Shown here: in pieces, positions 28,226-44,600 of the stretch
Numbering within the stretch: the stretch's first letter is position 1
Layout of the letters: each line of letters begins with the position of its first letter
Assembly (NCBI GenBank): GCA_028282265.1
Contig: JANQIH010000295.1
Span: 12,254 to 76,253, forward strand
Origin: Allomuricauda sp.
GTDB taxonomy: Bacteria; Bacteroidota; Bacteroidia; Flavobacteriales; Flavobacteriaceae
DNA: 64,000 nucleotides
Direction: 5' to 3'
Program-made: the position numbers and the translations under genes
Notes under the pieces: generated by a model
Database searches by the model: none
What the model was told of the DNA's origin: nothing
What the model saw: the letters and a program-made list of their open reading frames with translations, nothing else

Positions 28226-31200
28226 ATGCAACATTTTGGCCCCTTGTCATCCCTCTTTTTACTTCTGCTAGTGCAAGTAGGCTATACGCAGCTACAATCT
28301 TCTCGTTCCAACATCCTGACGGTTGATGGAAAGTCCTTTGATATAAATGCCAATGTGGTGTATCAAGATAATATCGGTTTCATGTGGATAGGGACCAACG
28401 ATGGTCTTTTTCGTTATGACGGACATGATTTGATCGAATATCAATTCAACGTATTTGAAGAGTCCTCACTTCCCAACAATACGGTTAACAGCATTCTTGA
28501 AGACGATTTCGGTAACCTTTGGATTGGCACAGAAAGTTATTTGGTATTTTTCAATCGATCAGAAGAAAAATTCTCGGGTTTTTATAAAAACACCACAGCT
28601 TCCATATTGGGTAAATCATCCAAAGGGGTCGTTTATGCCAATTTATGGAAGTCGGGGCTTTTGAAAGTCCAACCACATACTGAAGCAGATAGCCTCATAT
28701 TTGATACGGCACATAACTACCTGGATCGAAATCAGCATTTGCCGTTCAACAAGCGGATAAACTCCTTTGTTGAAGACATACACCAGAGGTACTGGATTGC
28801 TACCACAAAGGGTATTTTAGCGGTGAAGCCGAATGGGAACCTGCAAAAAACCAATTTTGAGCAGCCCACCTTGTCTTTGATAAATTATAAGGAAAATTCC
28901 TTTTTGACTCTGAATTCCCAAGGTTTATACATACTCTCCTATCGCAAAGATGATCGTAAACTGGAAACTTTGGATGCGTATTCCTTCAAAACAGGAAACA
29001 TAAATGGGCCAGCAAGTCTGGTGAAGCATCCCTACAAAAAGGAATATTACGTATGCACGCCGAACCAGATTATCAAGGTTTATACCAAGGGAAACCAACT
29101 CGAAGTATTTGAAAACTATATTAGTTCAGAGGATATAGGAGAATCGAACAGTTTTAAGTCCCTTGCTATTGATAAGCACCAGAATATTTGGATTGCTAGC
29201 TCAAGTGGAGTTTTCAAGCTCAAAAATGACGGCATCATCTTTGAACGGCACAATCTACCATACAGAAGTTCTCCCGAGCTTATAACAGCCCTATTTGCTG
29301 AGCCAGAGGGAAAATTATATACTGCATCAACTGAGGGATTGTATGTGAATGAAGAGGAAAATGAGTTTTCCGAAGTTTTGTCCCGAAACAAATTGAACGG
29401 TCAAATCAACGTTATCGCCAAAGATTTTGGCTCAGAAGAATTATGGCTAGGGGTAGACAATACACTCAAAAGAACAAAGGGACTCTACTCAACAGCTCCA
29501 ACCCTTGAAACCATCAAAGAATATGAACGTGGGATAAAGGACATTCTTTCTCTGAATTCCAATGAGACTTGGATTGGTCTATGGAGCGGCGGTATCGATA
29601 TTATAAACTCTGAGACCTCAATTTCCAATTTCAAGCTCAAAATTCAGCAAAAGCTGAAGAACTTGAACGTTTCTGCCTTTCATCTCGATAAAAATAACAA
29701 GTTATGGATAGGCACTCGTGGAATGGGGGTTTATCTAGCTGATTTGACCCAGGAGCGATTGCAACATTTTTATCCTAACAGACGAGAGGGGCTAAACTCC
29801 AATGCTATTTTATGTTTTTTAGAACTGGACGATAAAATCTACATCGGTACCAGAGGTGGAGGAATCAACGTTTACGACGCAACTGACGGAACATTTATCG
29901 CCTATGGCAAAGAACATGGGCTCAACTCCCTCACCATTGCCGCAATGGAATCAGATGACAGAGGCAATATTTGGGTTTCTACTGTCAATGGAATTACCCT
30001 TTTTGAGGTAAAGACAGAACGATTTACAAACTTTGGTCGCCAAGATGGCCTTCTGGATAACCAGTTCAATTTTAACGAGAGTGCAAAGGAGGTGTCGGGC
30101 GGCATTTACTTTGCCAATAGCAAAAATTTGGTAAAGCTAAATCCTAAAGAATATTCGATTAACGAAGAACTGGGAAAAACCATCATAACCGAATTTGAGG
30201 TTTTGAAAACATCCAACAACCCAAATAACACAGGTTTACGTAACCTAAGTTCACTTACTGAAAACGAAAAAATAGTCTTGCCGTACAACGAGAACAATAT
30301 TGCCATAAAATTCACCTCTTTAGATTTTACAGCTCCGGATAAGAACAAGTTTGCCTACATGATGGAAGGGGTTAATGATTTTTGGATTTATACCTCATCT
30401 GAAAATAGCAGCGCCAACTATAATGGGCTTAACCCTGGAGACTACACTTTTAAGGTCAAAAGCACTAATAGTCATGGTGTTTGGAACAACCAGCCTGCTG
30501 TTTTAAAATTTACAATCAGACCACCTTTTTGGGCCAATAACACAGCGAAGCTATTATACGTTGTTGCTGGAATTCTCATTATCCTAATTGGAAGTTTCTT
30601 GGTCAGAAATTGGTTTAGACTGAAAAAAAACCTTTTTGCCGAAACGGTAAGCCACCTTAAGGACCTGGAACACCACAAAATGAAAATGGTATTCTTCACA
30701 GATATATCGCATGAGCTTCGTACGCCTTTGACATTAATTCAAGGGACAATTGAAAAAGTGATTCGAGAAGGAAAGTATCAGTTGGGAGAAAACACCGCGA
30801 AACGTATTTATAATAATTCTTTACGTATCGGAAGGCTCATTGACCAGATAATGGATATTCGCAAGAACGATGTTGGCGCTTTTAAACTTCGGGTATCAAA
30901 AAACAACATTGTGAAAGATATAAAAAACCTAAAGAACGCTTTCAACGACTTTGCCAAAATCAACAACATAACCTACAAGCTGATTTGCAAGGAGAAAGAA
31001 ATCAGTGCCTTTTATGACCTTCAAATTTTCGAAAAAGTTCTCTTCAACCTCCTATCAAACGCTTTCAAGTATACTGCAGAGAATGGGCGTGTGGAAATAC
31101 GTTTGAGTTCAAAAAAAATAGGCATTGAACAAAGTATTCGAAATAATATTCCCAAAGGAATGTATGTAGAGTGTACAGTTTGGGACAATGGTCTTGGCAT

Positions 31201-32341
31201 TCCAAAGGAAAACCTGAAATACATCTTTGATAGGTACTATCAATCAACAAAAATGCCCGCCAAGCAGGTTCCTGGTACGGGAATAGGCATGGAATTGGTT
31301 CAAAAACTAATTAAGGCGCACAAGGGCGTCATAGAGGTGGACAGCATAGAAAATGAGTTTACCCAGTTCACCTTCCTATTGCCTATAGAAAGGGATCACT
31401 ATGAAGAAAATCAGCTTCTTGGCGAAAATAGGAGCAGAAGACCTTCCATTACCACTAAAACAGAATACCAGGTATATGAAGAAATAACATCCAATGGAGT
31501 ACATCAGGAAACAGCCCCTTATGTACAAAGACCCAAAATATTACTGGTTGATGACAACAACGAATTAAGGACCATGATGCGGGAAGAACTATTCAACGAA
31601 TTTGACATCATAGAGGCAAAAAATGGAAAAGAGGGGTATCAAAAGGTGCAGGAGCATCGACCTAACCTTATCATTAGTGATATCTTGATGCCCGTGGAAG
31701 ATGGCATAGAGCTGCTTAAAAATCTCAAGGCCAATGAAGACCTTTCGCATCTTCCCATTTTTATGCTCACTGCCAAGGATTCAGAAGAAACCAAGATTGA
31801 ATGTCTAAGCTTGGGGGCTTCTGACTACATTGAAAAACCCTTTAGTCCAGACTTTTTAAAATGGAAGGTCAAAAACACCCTTCAATCAAGAAAATCCCTG
31901 AAGGATAAGTACAGCAAAATCATTTCGGTGAACACCTCGGAAATCGAATTGGAATCCAATGATGAAAAACTCATCAAAAAACTTATCCAGATCGTAGAAA
32001 GTTCACTGGAAGATGCAGAATTGAGTGTTGAATACCTTGCTTCCGAAGTTGGTATGAGCCGTGCCAATCTTTATAGAAAATTACAGGCCATTCTTGATGA
32101 AACCCCGGTGAACTTCATAAAAAAGATTCGTCTGAAACGAGCTTCCCAGTTACTTCAGAAAAATCGAATGTATGTATCCGAGATTGCCTATATGACGGGC
32201 TTCAATAATCCAAAATACTTTGCCAAGTGCTTCAACAAGGAATTTGGAGTGAGTCCGAAAGAATATGCCAAGCAATTCGAAGAGAAAAAGGAGAATGTTG
32301 TAAAACCGAGTTTAGATTTGATTTTGAGTAATACAGGGTAA
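28226..32341 (+). CDS. Hybrid two-component sensor-regulator (periplasmic beta-propeller/Y_Y_Y, HisKA, HATPase, REC, AraC HTH); alternative start at 28163
   Basis: MWIGTNDGL repeats, YTFKVKSTN, ISHELRTPLTLI, NLLSNAFKYT, GTGIGM, ILLVDDN, LIISDILMP, AYMTGFNNPKYFAKCF; divergent from susC. Confidence 0.95.
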   Translation: MQHFGPLSSLFLLLLVQVGYTQLQSSRSNILTVDGKSFDINANVVYQDNIGFMWIGTNDGLFRYDGHDLIEYQFNVFEESSLPNNTVNSILEDDFGNLWIGTESYLVFFNRSEEKFSGFYKNTTASILGKSSKGVVYANLWKSGLLKVQPHTEADSLIFDTAHNYLDRNQHLPFNKRINSFVEDIHQRYWIATTKGILAVKPNGNLQKTNFEQPTLSLINYKENSFLTLNSQGLYILSYRKDDRKLETLDAYSFKTGNINGPASLVKHPYKKEYYVCTPNQIIKVYTKGNQLEVFENYISSEDIGESNSFKSLAIDKHQNIWIASSSGVFKLKNDGIIFERHNLPYRSSPELITALFAEPEGKLYTASTEGLYVNEEENEFSEVLSRNKLNGQINVIAKDFGSEELWLGVDNTLKRTKGLYSTAPTLETIKEYERGIKDILSLNSNETWIGLWSGGIDIINSETSISNFKLKIQQKLKNLNVSAFHLDKNNKLWIGTRGMGVYLADLTQERLQHFYPNRREGLNSNAILCFLELDDKIYIGTRGGGINVYDATDGTFIAYGKEHGLNSLTIAAMESDDRGNIWVSTVNGITLFEVKTERFTNFGRQDGLLDNQFNFNESAKEVSGGIYFANSKNLVKLNPKEYSINEELGKTIITEFEVLKTSNNPNNTGLRNLSSLTENEKIVLPYNENNIAIKFTSLDFTAPDKNKFAYMMEGVNDFWIYTSSENSSANYNGLNPGDYTFKVKSTNSHGVWNNQPAVLKFTIRPPFWANNTAKLLYVVAGILIILIGSFLVRNWFRLKKNLFAETVSHLKDLEHHKMKMVFFTDISHELRTPLTLIQGTIEKVIREGKYQLGENTAKRIYNNSLRIGRLIDQIMDIRKNDVGAFKLRVSKNNIVKDIKNLKNAFNDFAKINNITYKLICKEKEISAFYDLQIFEKVLFNLLSNAFKYTAENGRVEIRLSSKKIGIEQSIRNNIPKGMYVECTVWDNGLGIPKENLKYIFDRYYQSTKMPAKQVPGTGIGMELVQKLIKAHKGVIEVDSIENEFTQFTFLLPIERDHYEENQLLGENRSRRPSITTKTEYQVYEEITSNGVHQETAPYVQRPKILLVDDNNELRTMMREELFNEFDIIEAKNGKEGYQKVQEHRPNLIISDILMPVEDGIELLKNLKANEDLSHLPIFMLTAKDSEETKIECLSLGASDYIEKPFSPDFLKWKVKNTLQSRKSLKDKYSKIISVNTSEIELESNDEKLIKKLIQIVESSLEDAELSVEYLASEVGMSRANLYRKLQAILDETPVNFIKKIRLKRASQLLQKNRMYVSEIAYMTGFNNPKYFAKCFNKEFGVSPKEYAKQFEEKKENVVKPSLDLILSNTG

Positions 32342-32401
32342 GAACATTTGTATACCCAATTTGCAACCTTTTGTGAACAAAATCCAAATCTTGATGCCTA
32401 G

Positions 32402-37123
<4,722 letters not shown>

Positions 37124-37134
<11 letters not shown>

Positions 37135-38596
37135 AAAGGTTTACATAAAGTCATTATGGTTTGGGTTGTTTTATCTGATGTCGGTGGTATTGGCAGCATT
37201 TTCATGTAAACCACGCCCCAAGGCAAAACCAGTGGAAAAACCCAATATTGTTTTGATCAATGTGGATGACTTAGGTTGGAAGGATGTAGGATTTATGGGC
37301 AGTATGTATTATGACACTCCCAACCTGGACGCCTTTGCCGAGCAAGGAATGGTCTTTACCAACGCCTACGCGGGGGCTGCGAATTGCGCTCCTAGCCGGG
37401 CGTGTTTAATTTCGGGGTGGAACACTCCACGACACGGGGTCTATACGGTAAGTCCGTCGGAGCGGGGTGATAAAAGAACACGCCAACTGATACCCACTAA
37501 AAACACCGATCATCTTGGCAATATGGTTTATACACTACCGGAGATGCTTAAATCTGCCGGCTATGTGACTGCAAATTTTGGTAAATGGCATGTTGGATCG
37601 GACCCAGGTGAGCAGGGTATTGACCATAATATTGGTGGAAGTCATCGTGGCAATCCAGGAAAGGATGGATATTTCTCTCCCTATAATATAGACTTTATCG
37701 AAAATGGACCAGATGGCGAATACCTTACCGATAGATTAACACAGGAAGCAATTTCATTCATAAAAAAGAACAAGGATACTTCATTTTTTGCCTACATACC
37801 CTTCTACACCGTACACACACCTATCCAAGGAAAAGAATCATGGATAGATAGGTACCGGTTGAAAGAAGGTATTGACGGACAAGATAATCCAACCTATGGT
37901 GCTATGGTCAGCGCTATGGATGAAAATGTGGGAAGACTGTTGAATACGTTGGATGAATTTCATCTTGCCGAGAATACACTGGTGATTTTCACTTCCGATA
38001 ACGGGGGTATACGTTCCATTTCCAATCAGGATCCCCTGCGGGCCGGAAAAGGTAGCTACTATGAGGGAGGTATCCGCGTTCCCTTGGTATTGCGATGGCC
38101 CGAAAAAGTGGCATCTGGAATCAAAAACAAAAACCCGGTAAGCAACTTGGACATCTACCCTACCCTGCAAGAAATTGCAGGTCCTAACCAAAAGGCAGTG
38201 AATTTGGACGGATTGAGTCTGGTAGGCCAATTTCAAAATCCTTTAAAATGGGAAAGAGATCTTTATTTTCATTTCCCCATTTACCTTCAAGCTTACAACA
38301 AAACAGAAGATGATAGCCGTGACCCTCTGTTCAGAACCCGGCCAGGTTCGGTCATCATTTCTGGCCAATGGAAACTTCACCAATATTTTGAAGATAGTGC
38401 CTTGGAACTTTATAACCTGAATAACGATTTGGGTGAAACTTATAATTTGATTGATGAAAACCCTGAAATGGCCAAAGAACTTCTGGCGAAATTAGATTTA
38501 TGGAGAATGGCAAATAGGGCACCAATTCCCACCGAAAATAATCCTGATTATGATGCAGCTTTTGAAAAACAGCAAGCCAATACTATTACAGATTAG
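37124..38596 (+). CDS. S1 sulfatase (CAPSR), lipoprotein; paralog of the preceding gene
   Basis: PNIVLINVDDLGWKD, CAPSRACLISG, GKWH, YLTDRLT, TSDNGG, YEGGIRVP; lipobox AFSC. Confidence 0.93.
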
Positions 38597-40481
38597 GTTT
38601 CTCCCAAAAGTAGGATTGGTGGTTCCCATTTTGTTTATGGTAATGGCTTCATGTAAAAAGGAAGAGGTAGAAAAACCCAACATTCTATGGTTGGTAGTTG
38701 AAGATATGACCCCTTATCTTTCATTTTATGGCAACGCGTATACCACTACCCCAACATTGGATTCCTTGGCCAAAAACAGTATCGTGTTCGATAATGCCTA
38801 TTCCAATGGGGCACAGTGTTCGCCTGCCAGAAGTACTTTGATTTCAGGTGTATATGCACCCATGTTGGCTACCGATTGGCACCGCGAGGCACGACCAGTT
38901 CCACAAGAATTTTACTATCCCCTTTATCTCCGAGAAGCTGGGTATTACACTTCGAATAACAGCAAAACCGACTATAATGACAGTAAACGTCCTGAAAATT
39001 TATGGGACAAGTCCAAAAAAGGGGCAACCTATGTCGACCGTCCGAATAAATCACAACCATTTTTCTCAGTTTTTAATTACAATGGCACACACACTCAACG
39101 TATTGCAACCCGTGATACCTTAAATAGAAAACCCAGATACATACATCGAGACTCGATAACTTTACCAGCCTATCTCCCTGACATCCCCGAAATTCGGGAT
39201 GATATTGCCTGGCATTATGATGCCGTATCCAAAATGGATTTATGGGTCAAGAAGCGCCTGCAGGAGTTGAAAGATTCTGGTGAGCATGAAAATACCATCA
39301 TTTTTTTCTATTCAGATCATGGTGGTTGTCTTCCAAGGGCCAAAGCCTTTGTATATGAAGTAGGAACCAAAATCCCATTATTGGTTCACTTCCCTGAAAA
39401 ATTTAAACATCTGGCCGGGGTTAAGACAACTGGTCGCGATGACCGTTTGGTAGGTTTTGTAGACTTCGCACCCACCATTTTCAACTTATTGGATGTTGAA
39501 ATTCCAGATTTTATGATGGGACAACCATTCCTGGGAAAGAACTTGCCCCAACCTAAAAAGGAACTGTTTCTTTATCGTGCCAATCAAGAGCAGAATTTCA
39601 TTCCATCACGAGCTTTGACTGATGGCAAATATCGATTGATATGGAACTTCAATACGGCCCATCCCAATGGGGTCAGACAGTCATATCAATGGCAAATGCC
39701 CTCTTACCAGGCTTGGGACCAAGCTTTTATACAAGGAAAAACGGATTCCCTTCAAAGCGTGTTTTGGAACCCGATGGAACCTTTGGAGTTTTATGATACC
39801 GAGAATGATTTCTACGAGGTGAAAAACCTAGTAAACGCTCTTGAACATCAAGAGAGACTAAATTCAATGAAAGAAAAGTTGCTTTCCTTCATGAAAGAGA
39901 ACAAAGATCTGGGGTTATATCCATGGTCCATGCGGAGAAAGGAAGATAGCATTCCATTTTATAATTATGTCCGAAATACAAATCAAAACGTATCAGCCGT
40001 AATCGACGCAGCGGCCCTGGCCAGCATGGCCAAACCCTCGGATAAGGCTTTGCTAATGGAAAACCTGAAAAGCGAAGTTCCCGCAATTCGATATTGGGGT
40101 GTCATGGGCTTATTGCAACTATTTACGCATCACAAACTGGAAAAAATCCCAGACCAAATTGTTTCAATTTTCCAAAACCCAAAAGAGGAAACCGAAATAC
40201 GTTTGATAGCTGCAGAACTTTTGGTAAAGCACGGTAATAATAAGGATGCCTTGAACTATATTCTTCAGCAGGTAAAAGACAACCATTTTACTGTTTTTTC
40301 AGTGCTCCAAAATCTAGGAAGTAAGGCAAAGCCCCTTGAAAAAGAATTGCTAGAATTGGAAGATAACCCAAGGCTGAAGCAATTCTATATTCGTTCTGCA
40401 CTTATTAATACAGGGTATTACAAGTATCAAAACCTATTCAAAACAAGAGAACATGATTTAGGCTATCAACACGACAAATAA
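38550..40481 (+). CDS. S1 sulfatase (CSPAR) with a C-terminal HEAT-like helical extension, lipoprotein
   Basis: PNILWLVVED, CSPARSTLISG, YSDHGG, EFYD; about 140 extra C-terminal residues with PAIRYWGVMGL and EIRLIAAELL helices; lipobox MASC. Confidence 0.9.
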   Translation: MMQLLKNSKPILLQIRFLPKVGLVVPILFMVMASCKKEEVEKPNILWLVVEDMTPYLSFYGNAYTTTPTLDSLAKNSIVFDNAYSNGAQCSPARSTLISGVYAPMLATDWHREARPVPQEFYYPLYLREAGYYTSNNSKTDYNDSKRPENLWDKSKKGATYVDRPNKSQPFFSVFNYNGTHTQRIATRDTLNRKPRYIHRDSITLPAYLPDIPEIRDDIAWHYDAVSKMDLWVKKRLQELKDSGEHENTIIFFYSDHGGCLPRAKAFVYEVGTKIPLLVHFPEKFKHLAGVKTTGRDDRLVGFVDFAPTIFNLLDVEIPDFMMGQPFLGKNLPQPKKELFLYRANQEQNFIPSRALTDGKYRLIWNFNTAHPNGVRQSYQWQMPSYQAWDQAFIQGKTDSLQSVFWNPMEPLEFYDTENDFYEVKNLVNALEHQERLNSMKEKLLSFMKENKDLGLYPWSMRRKEDSIPFYNYVRNTNQNVSAVIDAAALASMAKPSDKALLMENLKSEVPAIRYWGVMGLLQLFTHHKLEKIPDQIVSIFQNPKEETEIRLIAAELLVKHGNNKDALNYILQQVKDNHFTVFSVLQNLGSKAKPLEKELLELEDNPRLKQFYIRSALINTGYYKYQNLFKTREHDLGYQHDK

Positions 40482-41515
40482 TGAAGAACATATTTATTGC
40501 CATAGTGCTTTTCCGAGTGTTTCTAGCTTGCTCACAAGAACAATCATTGGAGGTTACTAAGCCAATTTTCATTGCTCCAGATTATCAAGGTTCTTGTGAC
40601 CCAGAAATTATATTCAACTCATCATTGAATACGTACTTCATTTACTATACGGCACGGCGTTCAGCCAAACAGAATACATTTTTACAAACCCCTATAGGCG
40701 TTGCTTCTTCCCAGAATCTGGCGGATTGGAAATTCGAAGGCTACTGCCAATTTGATGGAAAACACAATCAAAAAGATGCGGGAGCCACCTTTTGGGCGCC
40801 GGCCATTATTGCTGCTAAAGACAGCCTCCACATGTTTGTAACCTTTAAGCAGGACACCCTTACTACAGAGGGGCCTTGGGGTGGCAAAGGCTCTATTGTC
40901 CATTATGTCACTTCATCAAAAAATCCTATAAAAGGATGGAAAAAGAAGCAAGTAATGCATACAGATACGCTGAGTACTTTGGATGCTTCCGCCTATTGGG
41001 TAGATGATGCGGCCCACTTATGGTTTATGGCAAAAAGCGCATTGTACAAAAACCAAGACTATACGCTTGTGCACCAGACCACAAAGGACTTGAAAGCATG
41101 GGAAACTGTCCAGCAGCCGCTCGGAGATGTATATAACAAATCTGTTACGAATATAGGTTACGAAGAAGCACCGTATATATTTCAGTGGAAAGACAGCTAT
41201 TGGTTGATTACAGACCCACATCAGGGTTTTGCCATATACCATAGTAAAGACGCCTCTAATTGGAGGTTTCAGGGTTATATACTCAGAAATCCTGGTATAG
41301 GAAAAATGGATACGGCCCGAGCAAGACACGGCAGTGTACTAGTCAGGGAAAATCGGGCTTTTCTTTTTTACCATGTGGAATACAATAGGGATTATAATGA
41401 CAAACCTATTTATGAACAACCTCTCGAAAATCGAAAGAGTGCGCTACAAATGATCGAGCTAAAACTCTCCAAGGGTAAATTAACTGCCAATAGGAACAAA
41501 AAAGTGACTCTATAA
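40481..41515 (+). CDS. GH43-like five-bladed beta-propeller hydrolase
   Basis: SCDPEI, FWAPAI, LDAS, YEEAPYIFQW, ARHGSV; signal peptide. Confidence 0.72.
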   Translation: MKNIFIAIVLFRVFLACSQEQSLEVTKPIFIAPDYQGSCDPEIIFNSSLNTYFIYYTARRSAKQNTFLQTPIGVASSQNLADWKFEGYCQFDGKHNQKDAGATFWAPAIIAAKDSLHMFVTFKQDTLTTEGPWGGKGSIVHYVTSSKNPIKGWKKKQVMHTDTLSTLDASAYWVDDAAHLWFMAKSALYKNQDYTLVHQTTKDLKAWETVQQPLGDVYNKSVTNIGYEEAPYIFQWKDSYWLITDPHQGFAIYHSKDASNWRFQGYILRNPGIGKMDTARARHGSVLVRENRAFLFYHVEYNRDYNDKPIYEQPLENRKSALQMIELKLSKGKLTANRNKKVTL

Positions 41516-41652
41516 ATACATCTTGGACAGATTAATCCCCTAATTGATACAAATTTTCTTATCAAAGACCGTAAGGCAACAATTACAACCCGTTTTTGAG
41601 ACACTTCATATAAGAGAGCGACATATCTTTAAGTTATTGAAAATCAGTAACA

Positions 41653-44600
41653 ATGCAAAGAACGACTACCCTACTTTTTTCGTTGGTAACTTTAATTTGT
41701 TCATCTCAAATTACGCAGTTGACCAACTTTGAGACAACAGACCTCAAGTCGAGTACATTGACCCTATCCCAGAACAGACTATTTTTTGAAGCGACCGATT
41801 CTGGAAACGGGAACGGCCTCTTTTATTATGACCTAGCTACAGCCACTGTAACGTTTGTAAAGGATATCAATCCCTCAGGAGAGGATGGTTTGGTGTCGGT
41901 AATCCCCTTTAACAACGGGATTGTTTTCAGGGCTACCGATGGTGTCAACGGCCCAGAACTTTGGTTCTCAGACGGTACTGATACCGGAACCTACATGGTA
42001 AAGGACATTAACCTCGGGGGCGGAAGCTTTCCGGAACAAATGATTGAACTGAACGGCCAGGTAATTTTTATGGCCAATGACGGTACTAATGGCAAAGAGC
42101 TTTGGAAAAGTGATGGAACCGATACTGGCACCCAACTGCTCTTGAACATTGCGCCGGGAAATACCAGCGGTACGCCCGCCAATACTGATATCGTCTATGG
42201 AAAAAATGATAACTACGTTTTCTTTAGAGCAGACAATGGCACGCAAGGATTTGAACTCTACATAACCGATGGCACTACCGATGGCACACGTCAGGTTCAA
42301 GATCTGTTTGCGGGTGGTGGTTCCGGTATGGGAGAAACTACCGCGGAACACGCTGCAATATTTAAGGGCACCCTCTATTTTAGGGGTCATGACGGAGGAG
42401 CGGCAACAGGCAAGGAACTCCGCTTTTTTGATACCGTGGATGAAACCATCAAGCTTGTTAAGGAAATCAATCCAGGTGCAAATCAACAGGCAGATGTAAA
42501 AAATCTTTTCGTTGTCGGTGATAAAATGTATTTCAGGGCCAAACAAGGTTCACAGGGTGTTGAACCCTACCTCACCGATGGTACCGAAGCCGGTACCATT
42601 AAAATCATCGACCTTAATCCCAATGGAGGTTCAAGTCCAGTCTATCAACTGGGCGATCCTGCTACGGGTCGCGTTTTTTTTCGAGCCACCCCTCAAGGGG
42701 GCAACGAACCTTGGGTAAGTGATGGTACTGCTACCGGAACCTATCAAATCATCGATTTGATCACTAACAACCAAAGTGCCCCAAATTTCCTCTCATTTCT
42801 AGACGGGTTTGCTTATTTTGCCGCCAATACCAACGATACCTCATTCACTGGCAATGTGGGAAGAGAACTATTTGCAACCGATGGGACAAACGTATTCTTG
42901 GTCGAGGATTTAAAACCTGGTAGTGAAAGTAGCGGCCCAAATGTTACATCCTACGTTGTCGGAGGCAAATTGTATTTCACAACCCAGGAAAACTTGTATG
43001 TTCTCGAGCCTGCCCAGTTCGTAAATGTCACACCAATAGACGATTTTGCCGGAGTAGCCGTGGGCACGGTATCTGTACCCAAAAGCTTCCAGTTACAACT
43101 CTCCAACCTTACTCAACCTGTAAGGATTACTCCTCCTGACGGCTTTCAGGTGAGTTTGAGCGGGTCAACAGGATTTACCGGTGCGGCCATTTCGGTAGAG
43201 CCGGATGCATCTGGGACTGTCGACCAAACCATATATGTAAGATTTGCACCTATTCTCACGGTTTTATATGAAGAAAACATTTTGATTGAAAGTGAGGAGA
43301 TTTTTACTGGAAGGGTACGTGTAACTGGAGAAGGCCTTGCCCCTCAACCACAGGGTTTGCTTGCGTTTGACATCTTCAGCCTCGCAAATCTTCCTGAGGG
43401 CTGGACAGAAGGTCCTGAAACCTCTGGCTTTGTTACCATAGTAAATGACCGCTTAAATATTGCTTACGACCCATCGGTAGAACAAAGGGCAACCGCCATA
43501 AGAACTTTTACCGAAACCTCTGGAATCGTCTACTTTGGGTTCATTCTGAACACAGATAGGCAGACTATGAATGCACCCGTGTCTATAAAGAATTCGATAG
43601 GCGATGTGGTGGCACGGATTGATTTTGAAAATGGAATTGAATTGGTTACGGGCCTTGATTCCAATGGAAACCCAACCTCCACCATTGTATTTACGGACCG
43701 TAATGATATAGTACCCAGAGGTTTTGACCATCTTGTCTTACTAAAAATCGATACTGATAACAACACCATGAGTTTAAATGTCAATGGTGTTGAAAAGCCG
43801 GAAGGTCAAAATATACCTCTTCTCAACTTGACCTCAAACGTAGCTTCATTGGAAATATTTGTACCCTATATGTTTGATACCGGCAGGGTTCAAATTGATG
43901 ATGTAATCATTGGAAGTATAAACAAATGGGACCTGCGCCGATTGCTCTTGGAGGCTTCTGAATTGGCAGCTTCAGCGGAAGTTGGCAGTGACCCCGGTCA
44001 GTATCCCCAAATGGCAGTCGACATCTTTTTCAATGCCATAAGTATGGCAACCTCTGTTTTTATTGACGGTACCACCCAAGAAATCATTGACCAAGGTCTG
44101 ACCGACCTTACCAATGCCATCTCCACATTTAGGGACAGCATTATTAAATCGTTGGCAACAGTCATCATTGACCCCAATAGTGGCCATGAGCTAAGAGATG
44201 GACTCTTTGGCTATAACAATCGTAGTGTTGACCAGGCCTGGAGCTACAAGAACCCAGAGTTTGTTGAAGCTATGAAAGCTGGCAAAACCGGTTGGATGCG
44301 GTACCTATCAGGTACTATCAGTGACCCCTTCAATATGAACACCGGAGAGTATGAGTTAGAGTGGATTGAACAGTTCAGGAGGGTAAACAATCAAGTGAAA
44401 GCCTACGAGCGTGTCGAAGTTAAGGGGCCCCAACTGGTCTATGACCTTTATCAAGCCCTAGGTGAGGTAGGTGCCAAATTAATCGTTACTTGGCCCGGGT
44501 TTATGGCAGGTCCAGAGGAGGCCAGAATCTTTGCCAAATTCTGTGAGGACAATAATATCATCGTAGAGTATTGGCAATTGAACAACGAACCTTATTTCTT

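Noticed and set aside
41710-43005. Repeated DNA segments as a CRISPR array or tandem DNA repeat
   Set aside because: They are degenerate protein-level ELWxxDGT repeats inside an ORF; no repeat-spacer array or cas gene was seen in the window.
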